DNA of 35,343 bases from Deltaproteobacteria bacterium (lineage in GTDB: Bacteria; Desulfobacterota; Binatia; UBA12015), in the NCBI GenBank assembly GCA_046583355.1, contig JAYGCM010000055.1, forward strand, positions 1 to 35,343. The letters are read 5' to 3'. The translations under genes were made by a program, and so were the position numbers. Shown piece by piece: positions 1-9,159 of this stretch. Position 1 is the stretch's first letter; each line of letters opens with the position of its first letter. The notes under the pieces are model-generated. The model worked only from the letters and a program-made list of their open reading frames with translations. It was not told the origin of the DNA and did not search any database.

Positions 1-33
1 AGGAACGACGCCGAAATGTCATGACCAAGAGCC

Positions 34-405
34 GTGGCCGAGCAACCCAAGGCGCCGCTGCGCATCCTGGCAGCCGTTGAGCTGGCCGACGGCGAGTCGA
101 AGAAATTCGTCCTGCAAGCCGGCGACGAGCGCCATGAATGCTTCGTCGTGCGCTGGCACGGCGAGCTACAATCCTACGTGAACCGCTGCCGTCACGTCTC
201 AATGACGCTCGATTGGGTCGAGAACCAATTCCTCACCGCCGACGGCGAACTCATCCTCTGCCCGAGTCATGGGGCGCTCTTCAGCCCCGATACCGGGGAG
301 TGTGTCGGCGGCCCGGCCTATGGCAAATCGCTGTTCCGGGTCCCACTGGTTGAACGCGACGGCGAGGTCTTCGCCGAGTGGCCTGAGGTCGACGAGGACG
401 GCTAG
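34..405 (+). CDS. Rieske (2Fe-2S) ferredoxin-like protein (NirD/soluble Rieske type)
   Basis: Rieske boxes NRCRH and LCPSHGALF, followed by TGEC..GP; 123 aa; GTG start. Confidence 0.88.
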   Translation: MAEQPKAPLRILAAVELADGESKKFVLQAGDERHECFVVRWHGELQSYVNRCRHVSMTLDWVENQFLTADGELILCPSHGALFSPDTGECVGGPAYGKSLFRVPLVERDGEVFAEWPEVDEDG

Positions 406-439
406 AGGTCCGGCGTGCAGGGGCTGATCCCGGTCGCCC

Positions 440-688
440 CTACTCCGGCTCGTCGCCGAAATGGGCGCGCAGAATGCGTTGCTTCAGGTAGTCGAGCGTA
501 CCCAAGTCTTCTACGATATCGCCGCCGGTATCGTAGAAAAAGATCTCGCCGCTTTTGTTGCGCCCGACGGCTACCAGCCATTCGAGATCGTCGCGATCTT
601 CGAGGAGATAGTTGATCGTCTGCGAGACACCACGCCCTGGAAGGATGGTAATCTTCGGTTTGACCGGGTTCTTGTCCTGTTTCGCCAT
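440..688 (-). CDS. Small acidic hypothetical protein (82 aa, MAKQDKNP...HFGDEPE)
   Basis: C-terminal part of ORF 440..910; protein-like composition from ATG at 688; sigma70-like promoter directly upstream. Confidence 0.7.
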   Translation of the reverse strand: MAKQDKNPVKPKITILPGRGVSQTINYLLEDRDDLEWLVAVGRNKSGEIFFYDTGGDIVEDLGTLDYLKQRILRAHFGDEPE

Positions 689-718
689 GAGCCATTCCGG
701 CCGCGCCGGGTCCCATCG

Positions 719-748
719 AGAATACGGAGCTATGGGAGTCCAAGTCAA
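719..748 (-). promoter_or_regulatory. Putative sigma70 promoter for the 440..688 gene
   Basis: TTGACT (748-743) - 18 nt - TATTCT (724-719), about 30 nt upstream of ATG 688. Confidence 0.5.
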
Positions 749-841
749 CCGGAAAGGGGATACGGCCGGCCAGAAGGCAGACCGATCCGGTGGATTCCGG
801 GCGGCTAAACGTGCCCCGATTCCTATGGTAAAGCGAGCGCG

Positions 842-1294
842 ATGAAGTCTGCTGACGCACCCCCTTTGCGACCGGACGGTTTCCGGCGCGCGCGACGCGA
901 AGATATCCACGCATTGCTCGCCCTGACCAGTGGCCCCGAGGCCGGGCGCATCCGCGCCCTGCGCCGGCTACTCAAGACCCTCGTGGCCGATATCTATATC
1001 CGCCGCAAAAACGATACGATCACCGGCTGCGTAGGCGTGCTCTACCGGCGCAGCCTGGCCCATGGGGGCCTGGTCGCGACCATCGACACGCTGAACTGCA
1101 CGAGCGACGAACCTGCCGGGTCGACCGAACTCCTGGATTTCGCGCTGGCACGGGCGCGTCGGCGCGGCTGCGTCAGCGTCGATTTTGCAACTGCCGACCC
1201 CGGCCTCGAGGCCGCCTTGGCCAGTCGTGGGTTCACCAGCCCAGCCCGGCAATGGGTGGCAAACCTTCGCAAGGAAGAGGAAGAAGAAAAATGA
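842..1294 (+). CDS. GNAT-fold protein, acetyl-CoA-binding loop degenerate
   Basis: GNAT-like pattern FRRARREDI, GCVGVLYRRSL..GGLVATIDTL, ELLDFALARARRRGC, LASRGF; no R/QxxGxG motif. Confidence 0.65.
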   Translation: MKSADAPPLRPDGFRRARREDIHALLALTSGPEAGRIRALRRLLKTLVADIYIRRKNDTITGCVGVLYRRSLAHGGLVATIDTLNCTSDEPAGSTELLDFALARARRRGCVSVDFATADPGLEAALASRGFTSPARQWVANLRKEEEEEK

Positions 1295-1695
1295 CGAAAT
1301 TTCTGATCGGATTGCTTCTCGGTTTGATCCTGGGCGCCGCCGGCGCCTCGGGATTCCTGATCACAGCAGGTGGCGGTGATTATTTCGTCGGCGCCAGTCC
1401 GCGGGTTCGCGAATTGGAGGCCTCCCTGCGCGAAGGCCAACAAGAACGCCAATGGCTACGTGGCCGTCTGAGTGACGCTACCGAGTCCGCCAGTCGGCTG
1501 GAGTCGCGCTTCCTCGGACTGGCCGCACGTTTCGAAGTTCTGAGCGACGAGAGCAGCCACCCCGAGGTCGTTGCGCGCGTCTTGCGCACCGCGCCGCAGC
1601 CGAGCACAACGCCGCTGGCGGCCATGCCGACGGCCGAACCAACCACCGCAGACAAGCCGGCCGAGGCCGACTCGGTCCGCAAAGACCCTACCTGA
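1291..1695 (+). CDS. Membrane-anchored hypothetical protein with coiled coil and Pro/Ala/Thr-rich tail
   Basis: ATG 1291 overlaps the GNAT stop (ATGA) after a purine-rich SD-like run; N-terminal hydrophobic helix MTKFLIGLLLGLILGAAG. Confidence 0.7.
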   Translation: MTKFLIGLLLGLILGAAGASGFLITAGGGDYFVGASPRVRELEASLREGQQERQWLRGRLSDATESASRLESRFLGLAARFEVLSDESSHPEVVARVLRTAPQPSTTPLAAMPTAEPTTADKPAEADSVRKDPT

Positions 1696-1700
1696 ACGAA

Positions 1701-1735
1701 ATCCGGCCGGACGCCTTGCGGGCGCCCGGCCGGAT
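1701..1735 (-). terminator. Intrinsic terminator-like hairpin between convergent genes
   Basis: ATCCGGCCGG (1701-1710) pairs with CCGGCCGGAT (1726-1735), plus inner CGCC/GGCG; TTCGTT follows on the minus strand. Confidence 0.55.
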
Positions 1736-1773
1736 CTCGCATCGGCCGGCTCGGGAGCCGCCCAAAGCTAGCC

Positions 1774-3615
1774 TCAGGAATCGCACCGTGTGATAATGCG
1801 GCCTTCGGGTTGGCGCGTCCGACAGCTCATCCGCACTTCCGTCCGAACGTCACCAATTTCGATCTTGAGAACAAGATCCGAACCAGCCAGATCGACCAGC
1901 GCGCGGCTCTTCACGCGCAAGCCAACCAGGCTCTTGCTTGCATTCCATTTCCGCACGAAGATATCGGCCTGCTGCCCACGGTAACGAGCGCGCGTACCAT
2001 CCTGACTGGCATGCATCATTCCCGCCGGAACGTCCAAATCATAGACCCGACCATTGCCCTCGACCGTAATCCGAATCCGTCCGGCATCCGCGGCGTCGAT
2101 GCGCGGCGCGAACTTCAGGCGAACGCTCAGAGTCGCGACACCATTCTTGCGCTGCGAGATCCGCGCCGTACCCTCCACGGTACCGCAAGTGGTGGCCTGG
2201 TCGGGATTGGATTGGTTGGGGCAGGAGTCACAGACATCACCGACGCCATCACGATCCCGGTCGCGCTGCCTACGATTGGCGTCCATCGGGCAATTATCAA
2301 TGTCATCTTCCCAACCGTCGCCATCTGAATCCGGCTGCGGCTCCGGAGTCGGCGTGGGCGCCGGCGGCGCGGGAGTCGGGCTCGGCGCCGGACTCGGGCC
2401 CGTAGGCGTTCCGCCATCAGCGTAGAGCCACGCAAGCGCACCCTGGTCGTAGTCCGCCAAGGCGGCACCGCGGCCATCAAAATGTGCCGTCCAATACATC
2501 GTCGCATCCGTGATGAAGCGATCGCTCGTCTGGCCCATATTGCCATCCCAGGAGTGGCCGAAGCCGAAGGTATGGCCAAGCTCATGAGTCATGATCTCGG
2601 AGATATTCTTCTCGTTCCAGAACCAGCAACTCCCCCAACCGTCAGCCACTACAATCGAGCCCGAGACAATCTCATGATAGGGCGAATTGCCGAAGGGCGA
2701 CCTGGACATACAGAAACCGCCGATCGCAAGCGCGCCGCCGCCACATCCCTGCGGGTTCGCAATCTGATTCTGAGGATCATTATAGGCGACGCTGACAAAG
2801 CCGTCGTTGCAAACCCAGCCAGTACTTTTGCGCTCGCCGGCATAGATCAGATCGAGTTCGGAGCCCGGCTGTTCATCCCAGACGGCCGCTGCATTCTGAA
2901 TGATGCGATTCGATGCCGTCTTGCCGAGTTTCTTGTCGCCGGTCAGAGCGCCCCAGATCTGTAGCGGCGTCCGGAACCAACGCGCACCCGGATTACCCAG
3001 AAGCTGAAACTTACGATTTGACTGGGCACGGCCCAAAAGCGGCGCGCTCGCCACGCTTGCCTGTGCGAGACGGCTGCGGGCCAACCGGCGGCCCAGAGGC
3101 TTCACGCCGGCGCGATCGAGCTCGCCACGGAAATGCTGCAAGCGCACGCGCTCCTTGCGCCCCCCGGCGCGCAGACGCGATACCGTGACCTCTCCGGTCT
3201 CGGCTACGTCGACTGTCGATTTGCCAAGCCCCATATGGAGGGTGCGCACGACACCACCCTCGCCCAAGGCCAGATGGGCGACCACGATTTCGCCGACCTG
3301 GTACTCGGCGCTGCCGAAGATCCACTGCTGATCTTCGCCAACCGTACCGCCGACCTCACGCACAACAATGCGGTCTCCGGAAGCAGCGCCCTTCCAGGCC
3401 TCGACCACATGCAGGACGATCTCGGTTTCAATCGTCGAACCGTCAAACGCCGCAACGCTGCGAATCGAGTCCACACGCGCCAGCACAATCGCATCCGCAG
3501 AACGTGCCAACTCCGCCGGCTCCGGCACGATCCATGTCGTCGCCTCCGCCGCTACCGGAACCATCACCACCAAGGCGAGAATCATTCTCGCCACCCAACC
3601 ACTCCACAACCGCAT
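1774..3615 (-). CDS. Secreted matrixin-like (metzincin) zinc metalloprotease with thrombospondin type-3 repeats and a C-terminal beta domain
   Basis: Signal peptide ending [15 protein letters not shown] zinc motif (2554-2586) and Met-turn ATMY; Pro/Thr linker; [15 protein letters not shown]...[22 protein letters not shown] before ATG 3615 (ORF extends to 3639). Confidence 0.85.
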   Translation of the reverse strand: MRLWSGWVARMILALVVMVPVAAEATTWIVPEPAELARSADAIVLARVDSIRSVAAFDGSTIETEIVLHVVEAWKGAASGDRIVVREVGGTVGEDQQWIFGSAEYQVGEIVVAHLALGEGGVVRTLHMGLGKSTVDVAETGEVTVSRLRAGGRKERVRLQHFRGELDRAGVKPLGRRLARSRLAQASVASAPLLGRAQSNRKFQLLGNPGARWFRTPLQIWGALTGDKKLGKTASNRIIQNAAAVWDEQPGSELDLIYAGERKSTGWVCNDGFVSVAYNDPQNQIANPQGCGGGALAIGGFCMSRSPFGNSPYHEIVSGSIVVADGWGSCWFWNEKNISEIMTHELGHTFGFGHSWDGNMGQTSDRFITDATMYWTAHFDGRGAALADYDQGALAWLYADGGTPTGPSPAPSPTPAPPAPTPTPEPQPDSDGDGWEDDIDNCPMDANRRQRDRDRDGVGDVCDSCPNQSNPDQATTCGTVEGTARISQRKNGVATLSVRLKFAPRIDAADAGRIRITVEGNGRVYDLDVPAGMMHASQDGTRARYRGQQADIFVRKWNASKSLVGLRVKSRALVDLAGSDLVLKIEIGDVRTEVRMSCRTRQPEGRIITRCDS

Positions 3616-3843
3616 AGCCGCCTCCATACGAGTCGACAAAGCAAAGATGATGCCATCAGAAAAAATGCGGTGTTTATTGAGGAATCAAGAGAAATCAGGC
3701 CGAAGACACGGCATACGCATGCCGTGCCTCCGGGAAAGCGTCAAAATTTCGACACTGCGGAAGCCCCCTAGACAGATCGGTATAATCCCCTATACAGCGA
3801 ATCTTTACCTTGCGCCCTATTGGCTAGCGCATGGCTACCAATT

Positions 3844-5232
3844 CTATTTTTTCTCGAAGGCACCGATATCGCAACGCGCGACATCGCCGGCACCCGCCTG
3901 CGGACGCGCCACGCCGCGCTGATCGGCCTGGGCACACGCGCCGCCTGTGCCCTTCGGCGTGGCCGGGTTGCCCGCGTCAATCGCCGCGCTGCCCGCCAGA
4001 AGCGCCTGGGTCTGATTCGGGCCGTCGTTGGCGGCCAGCTTGCCGAGCTTCGCCGCCGCGCCGTAGACATCACCGCGGGTATTACCGGCGATGGTGCAGC
4101 CGGCCCGGTCCTGAATCAGGTTGAAGCCCGCCGAGGTGAGGCTGCCTATGCAATCCACGCCTGCGCCCGATGCCGTATTCTCGGCGATGATCGTATTGGC
4201 GACCACCAATGTCGCCCCAGCCTCATTCGCCACACCGCCGCCTTGGTTGTCGGCAATCGTTACGTTGTTCAGCGTCGCTTGCCCGTTGCCGCGGGAGAGC
4301 AGGCCACCGGCCTTGCCCGCGGCCTGATTGCCCGAGATCGTGATATTCACGGCCGTCAAGCCGCCCGAGGTGCGGATGCCGCCGCCATCCGCGCCCGCCT
4401 GGTTGCCCGATACTTCGACATCAAAGAGCTTGACCGCGCCCGCGACATTGTCGATTCCACCGCCCGAACCCAAGGCCCGGTTGCCACGCACAATCGAGAT
4501 GGTGAGTTCCAGGTTGCCATGGTTCGAGATGCCACCACCGGAATCGGCCAGCGACTGGTTCCCCATGATAGTCGAGTTCAACAGCTTGACGGTCGAAAAT
4601 CTGTCGTTGTAGATCGCGCCACCCGGGCCGTCGGCCAGGTTGCCGACAGCCACAATGGACGCCAAGCTGGCGGTGCCACCATTAGTATTGAAGAGCGCCG
4701 CGCCGCGACCGCTTTGCGAAACCAAGGGGTCCGCGATCGCCCGGTTGCGCTCGAAAATCACGTTCGAGATCTGCACATTGCCGCGGTTCAAAACCGCCGC
4801 CCCATCGCCACCCTGCACCGAAGCACCCGTGAGTGTCAAATATGAAAGTTTCACATTGGCGTGGTTGCCGATCTCGAAGAGACGGTATTTGCCGCCGCCA
4901 TCAATGATGGTCTGAGCCTCACCCGTGCCTGTGATGGTCGTCTCGCCACTCAATAGCAGCGGGCCGCTGGCGCCAAAATTCGCGCCCTCGTCGGGACTCC
5001 GCAAAATATAGGTTCCCGGCGGCAAGAGGATCGTCGTCGCGAAACCCGAAGCATTTGCCTCCTCCACAGCGGCACGCAACGTACAGCCGCCCGCCTTGGA
5101 CAGGCATTTCCCGTCGCCGACCTGCGCGTCGGCCGAATCGCTGGCCGAGCCGACGTTGAAGGTAGCCGCATGCACCACAGGCACACCGGCCAACAGGAGA
5201 GGAAGGGAAAGGCAGGCGAAACGCCGCATCAT
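3844..5232 (-). CDS. Secreted CSLREA-domain / choice-of-anchor Q beta-helix repeat protein
   Basis: Signal peptide ending VHA; CTLRAAVEEAN (CSLREA-like); GGAI/GGGI..N repeats; C-terminal DQRG..RP...CDIGAFE; start ATG 5232/5229 (ORF extends to 5256). Confidence 0.85.
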   Translation of the reverse strand: MMRRFACLSLPLLLAGVPVVHAATFNVGSASDSADAQVGDGKCLSKAGGCTLRAAVEEANASGFATTILLPPGTYILRSPDEGANFGASGPLLLSGETTITGTGEAQTIIDGGGKYRLFEIGNHANVKLSYLTLTGASVQGGDGAAVLNRGNVQISNVIFERNRAIADPLVSQSGRGAALFNTNGGTASLASIVAVGNLADGPGGAIYNDRFSTVKLLNSTIMGNQSLADSGGGISNHGNLELTISIVRGNRALGSGGGIDNVAGAVKLFDVEVSGNQAGADGGGIRTSGGLTAVNITISGNQAAGKAGGLLSRGNGQATLNNVTIADNQGGGVANEAGATLVVANTIIAENTASGAGVDCIGSLTSAGFNLIQDRAGCTIAGNTRGDVYGAAAKLGKLAANDGPNQTQALLAGSAAIDAGNPATPKGTGGACAQADQRGVARPQAGAGDVARCDIGAFEKK

Positions 5233-5348
5233 GTCTCTATTTTTCAGCAAATTCACTTAAGGAATGGGTATCCAACACTTACTCAGCCGTAAAGCCCTCG
5301 TTCGCCACGGCCTTGACGGCAGCGGCCCGACAACGCAGAAGAAGCGCC

Positions 5349-5975
5349 ATGGTCGAACATCTCTCCCCTCGCGACGCCCGTGACCCCGACAAATGGGACG
5401 GCCCCGAACACCCGATGCGCATCGTCACCCGCGAGACCGCCTTCGAGGCCGCCAGCTGGACCGACGAGCGGCGCCGCAAGGTCCAAGGCGTCTTCGACGG
5501 CCTCGCGGACCAATGGCATACGCGCCACGGCGAATCCCGCCTCCTGCCACTGCGCGACGCTCTGGAACGCGGCGAAGTCACTGCGGGGATTTGTCTCGAG
5601 ATCGGCTGCGGCACGGGCCCTGCCACCGAAGCTCTCGCCGGCCATTTTGCCACCTCCATCGCCATCGACCTCTCCTGGGAGATGCTCTCGCGCGCGGCCG
5701 GTGCCCCGGCCGGACGCGTACGTGCCGACGGCGCCGCTCTGCCCTTTACGGACGCCAGCGCCGACACCATCGTGTTGATGAATATGCTGCTCTTCCCCGC
5801 CGAGATGGAGCGTGTCCTGCGGCCCGGCGGCACCATCGTCTGGGTCAACTCCAGGGGCGCGGGCACGCCGATCCACCTCTCGGCCGAAGACCTCGTTGCG
5901 GCCTTGCCGGGTGCGTGGCAAGCGAAATCTGCGCTGGCCGGACCGGGCCTCTGGGCCGTCGCGCGACGCGCCTGA
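5349..5975 (+). CDS. Class I SAM-dependent methyltransferase
   Basis: LEIGCGTG motif I, IDLSWEML, ADGAALPF, RVLRPGG. Confidence 0.88.
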   Translation: MVEHLSPRDARDPDKWDGPEHPMRIVTRETAFEAASWTDERRRKVQGVFDGLADQWHTRHGESRLLPLRDALERGEVTAGICLEIGCGTGPATEALAGHFATSIAIDLSWEMLSRAAGAPAGRVRADGAALPFTDASADTIVLMNMLLFPAEMERVLRPGGTIVWVNSRGAGTPIHLSAEDLVAALPGAWQAKSALAGPGLWAVARRA

Positions 5976-5984
5976 ACCGGCCCG

Positions 5985-8321
5985 TCAACAAGGACCGGCG
6001 GAGTCAAGGAGCCTATTCAGGTCGGGCAGCGGCAGGCCCTTTTTCTTCGCATAGCCGGTATGGTTCGCCAACACGCGGCCCTCCTCGTCGACCAGCACAA
6101 ATGTGGGCGTGCCGCTGACTCCGTAGGCGAGCGTGGTTGCGCGAAGGGGGTCGCGGGCAACCCGCGCGGGGAAGGGGTCCTTCCATTCCGCAAAAAAGGA
6201 ATCGAGCCGCTCGACATCCTCGTCCGTGATCGCAATCACGGCAACACCCTGCGCCTCGGCCCAGGCCATCATCTCCGGCACGGCCGCCTTGCATGGGATG
6301 CACCAGGTGGCCCAGAAGAAAAGAAGGTGGTGGCCCCTACCGACCAGCGCGGTGGGGAGTTCGCCGCGGTAGCTCGTCAGCAACAACTCCGGCGCCAGAT
6401 CGCCTACCTCCGATGCCTGCGGCAGGGCAGGAAATTTTCCGGGATGCTGGCCCGGCACGAGCGTGAGGGTAATCCGCTCACCCGCGCGCAGGACCAGGAG
6501 TTCACGCGCCTGGCCGGCTTCCTGAAACATCGTCCACTCGCGGATTTGCTTGGGCTCGACGAAAAGCTCGCCCGGCGGTCCCAAGATGATATCGCCGACC
6601 TGTAGGCCGGCGGCCTCAGCCGGGGAACCCTCATAGACGTAACGCACCGACACGGCGCCCGGCGTCAGGTCGAATTCTTCGCGCTCTTCGATCGGCGCTT
6701 GGCGGAATTGGATCCCCATCCACGCCGGCAGAACCTGTTTCGCCAATTCGATATCGCCACTATAGGTTGGCCAGGGCGCACGATCGCTCTGGGCGGCTTG
6801 AGGGGAAAGCGGTAGAGAGAAATCTTCGCAAGCCAAGAGCGCGGCGAAGCCCTGCTGTTCGGCCGCCGTTCCGGACGCCTCGAGATGCAAAGTGCCGGCG
6901 ATCTGCATCAGCACGGCCTGCAAGCGCACCAGCGCCGCCTCCCGCACAGCCATGCGATACGATACGTTGCGCGCGATCCGGGCGCGCCGTGCCAGCGCGT
7001 CGATGCGCTTCACGACTCGCTTGTCAGCCTCGAGCCATTGCTCGAAGGTCGAGGCAAATTCTGCCTGCAAAGCATCGGCCTCGGCCCCCGGCAGGTCTTT
7101 ACGCGCCGCCGGCCTCCAGCGCGCCTGTAGATCCGGGTGGGCGACGCCAAAGCGACCGCGCAGCGCCGCCTCGGCATCGCCGCGCGCAGCATCCCACGCC
7201 TTGGCATGTTCATCGAGTGGCGTACGCACCTTGGGCAGCGCATCAATCCTTAGCTCGATGTCGGCAAGCCGCCGCGGACTCGCAAAACCAAACGAGCGCG
7301 CGATGCGGTCAAGCAGCCGGATCTCGCTTTCCCAACGCAAAGGATTGCGGAAGGCATTCGCCAACATCTGGTCGGCATAGACCGTGAGGGCAAGGCCCTG
7401 TTGGTTGGCCGCCGCATCGAGCAACTCGCGAAATTGCATATCCGACGTCCGCAGCGGAACATCGGGCGTATGGTCGTTCACCAGCGTATGGAGATGCGCA
7501 TCGCCAAACGACCCACTTGGCGCAAGCCCTTCGAGGAAACGAATCGAATGCCCGACACCGGCGTCACCGCGGCTCTCGGCGTAGCAGCCATAGGCGAAGC
7601 GATCGGCAGTGGTCGAAAAATACCCGCAAAGCCCATTGCGCCGCCCTTCCTGCCCGAGCGCGCCCGCCAACTCGGCGAAGCCGCCGGAGTAGCATTGCGA
7701 CATCAGCATCACGATGCGAACGCCAACCGGAACCTCTTCGATCAACTCCTCGAACTCCGCAACCGTGATGCGCTCACCTTGCCAAAGCGAAATCTGATTC
7801 GAACGCGGGCCATCCTTGCCGCGCGTGCCATGGTCGGTGACGTAGATCAGCAAGGTATCGCCAGCGTTCAGATCCGCGGCCTCGTCGGCAAAATACTCAG
7901 CCAGGGCGGCGTTCGTTGCCGGGCGCAATACAATGCCCTCTATTTCAGTATTGACAAACTCAATCGGGGGACGGCCGAACGCGGCTTGCAGCAGGCCGGA
8001 TGAGGGCGCCGCCCCGCGGGTCGCAAGATCCGGCGCTGGATCGTCTCCGTCGCTGGCAAAAACAACCACGTCGCGGCGCTCGACACCGGCCTCGTCGAGC
8101 ACCTCGAGCACACCCTTGAGATGTTCGAGATGAGACGCGTAATTCGAAGCCTTGCTGCCACCGCCATTGAGCAGCAGAGCATGCATACGCGGCCGCGGCG
8201 GGTCACCGCCAAGAAAAGGCGGCAGCATCGCACAGCCGCTCAGCACAAAGGCGAACAAAAAAGCGGCGGCGGCGCGCGGCGAAGAACGGACGGCGGAAAC
8301 GGGCAGATCATGCATGCGCAA
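5985..8321 (-). CDS. Putative lipoprotein: clan CD (C13 legumain/Gpi8-like) peptidase + helical region + PDZ + TlpA-like thioredoxin
   Basis: Lipobox LSGC; ALLLNGG..NY..H; IYVTDHG and MSQCYSGGF His-Cys dyad; WMGIQF...GSPAEAAGLQVGDII (PDZ); FWATWCIPC and YGVSGTPTFVLVD (TlpA). Confidence 0.8.
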   Translation of the reverse strand: MRMHDLPVSAVRSSPRAAAAFLFAFVLSGCAMLPPFLGGDPPRPRMHALLLNGGGSKASNYASHLEHLKGVLEVLDEAGVERRDVVVFASDGDDPAPDLATRGAAPSSGLLQAAFGRPPIEFVNTEIEGIVLRPATNAALAEYFADEAADLNAGDTLLIYVTDHGTRGKDGPRSNQISLWQGERITVAEFEELIEEVPVGVRIVMLMSQCYSGGFAELAGALGQEGRRNGLCGYFSTTADRFAYGCYAESRGDAGVGHSIRFLEGLAPSGSFGDAHLHTLVNDHTPDVPLRTSDMQFRELLDAAANQQGLALTVYADQMLANAFRNPLRWESEIRLLDRIARSFGFASPRRLADIELRIDALPKVRTPLDEHAKAWDAARGDAEAALRGRFGVAHPDLQARWRPAARKDLPGAEADALQAEFASTFEQWLEADKRVVKRIDALARRARIARNVSYRMAVREAALVRLQAVLMQIAGTLHLEASGTAAEQQGFAALLACEDFSLPLSPQAAQSDRAPWPTYSGDIELAKQVLPAWMGIQFRQAPIEEREEFDLTPGAVSVRYVYEGSPAEAAGLQVGDIILGPPGELFVEPKQIREWTMFQEAGQARELLVLRAGERITLTLVPGQHPGKFPALPQASEVGDLAPELLLTSYRGELPTALVGRGHHLLFFWATWCIPCKAAVPEMMAWAEAQGVAVIAITDEDVERLDSFFAEWKDPFPARVARDPLRATTLAYGVSGTPTFVLVDEEGRVLANHTGYAKKKGLPLPDLNRLLDSAGPC

Positions 8322-8372
8322 ATGATCTTATGCCCGAGTACCGCCTTGCGGCAATCGTTGCGCGAAAGTCCT

Positions 8373-9002
8373 TCAGCGGCCGCGGTCGGCGAAGCAACCG
8401 TTGATCTCTTTGACGACCTCGAAGGCCTCCGCGTAGGCCACGTGGATCTGGTAGCCGCGATAAGCACAACGGCCCTTCACGCCCTCGACCCAGAGGTCAC
8501 CATGTACGGCGACCTGCGAGACATGCGCCAACACGCTGTCGGCCTTCTGCTCGATACTATCGGAAATATCGACGTAGGATTGCGGATTGAAGCCACCCGG
8601 AACGATGCCGCCGGGGATCGTCTGCTCGTACATATAAAGCGAACTCTGGTTCTTGCGGCAGGCCGAGATCACCCCGCGCGAGAGGTTGTTGTGGTCCTGG
8701 TGCGAGTCCTGATCCCATTGGGTGTAGATCATATCAGGACGCACATCCTTCAGGATCGCGTCGATCATGCCCACAAGCGCCCGATTATACTCGAATTCTT
8801 CTGATTCGATATTGAGAAAACGCAACTCACCGCCAAGGATCGCAGCACCCCGACGGGCCTCCTTGCGGCGCGTATCGTTCATCGAGGGGACCGTGCCCAC
8901 TACCATGGTGACGGTGTCGCCGAAGTTCGCGTGTTTGGCGATCGTCCCGCCCATGCCGACTTCCATATCGTCGGGGTGTGCACCAAATACCAGGATCCTC
9001 AT
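8373..9002 (-). CDS. PIG-L/LmbE family N-acetylglucosaminyl deacetylase
   Basis: AHPDD and HQDH zinc motifs, HVSQ, YAEAF; GAGG SD. Confidence 0.9.
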   Translation of the reverse strand: MRILVFGAHPDDMEVGMGGTIAKHANFGDTVTMVVGTVPSMNDTRRKEARRGAAILGGELRFLNIESEEFEYNRALVGMIDAILKDVRPDMIYTQWDQDSHQDHNNLSRGVISACRKNQSSLYMYEQTIPGGIVPGGFNPQSYVDISDSIEQKADSVLAHVSQVAVHGDLWVEGVKGRCAYRGYQIHVAYAEAFEVVKEINGCFADRGR

Positions 9003-9054
9003 CTGAACCTCTCTCGAAACTCGTGCGCGGAAAATCGCCCGCTGCCACTCGCAG

Positions 9055-9084
9055 AACGTAGCGCATCGGTTGCGGGGAGTTCAA
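9055..9084 (-). promoter_or_regulatory. Possible sigma70 promoter upstream of the PIG-L gene
   Basis: TTGAAC (9084-9079) - 18 nt - TACGTT (9060-9055). Confidence 0.3.
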
Positions 9085-9159
9085 TCCGCGCGCCCCACGG
9101 ACGAGGCATAGCCTGCCTATCGGCGACGCGAGCGGAAGAAGATAGCGCCTGCAGGACGA

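Noticed and set aside
1..24. Possible 3' end of an upstream gene (…RNDAEMS*)
   Set aside because: Seven codons are too few to support a call
440..1294. Small protein + GNAT as a toxin-antitoxin pair
   Set aside because: The genes are divergent, the small protein has no RHH/HTH pattern, and the GNAT CoA motif is degenerate
3698..3712. GGCCGAAGACACGGC resembling GGCCGAAACACGGC at 10893-10906 as a shared regulatory motif
   Set aside because: Short, GC-rich, and in opposite orientation relative to the downstream genes; could be chance
3781..3835. Perfect TATAAT (3781-3786) and a GG-N10-GC sigma54-like site (3822-3835) on the + strand
   Set aside because: No matching -35 element, and both point antisense into the CSLREA gene with no + strand gene to drive
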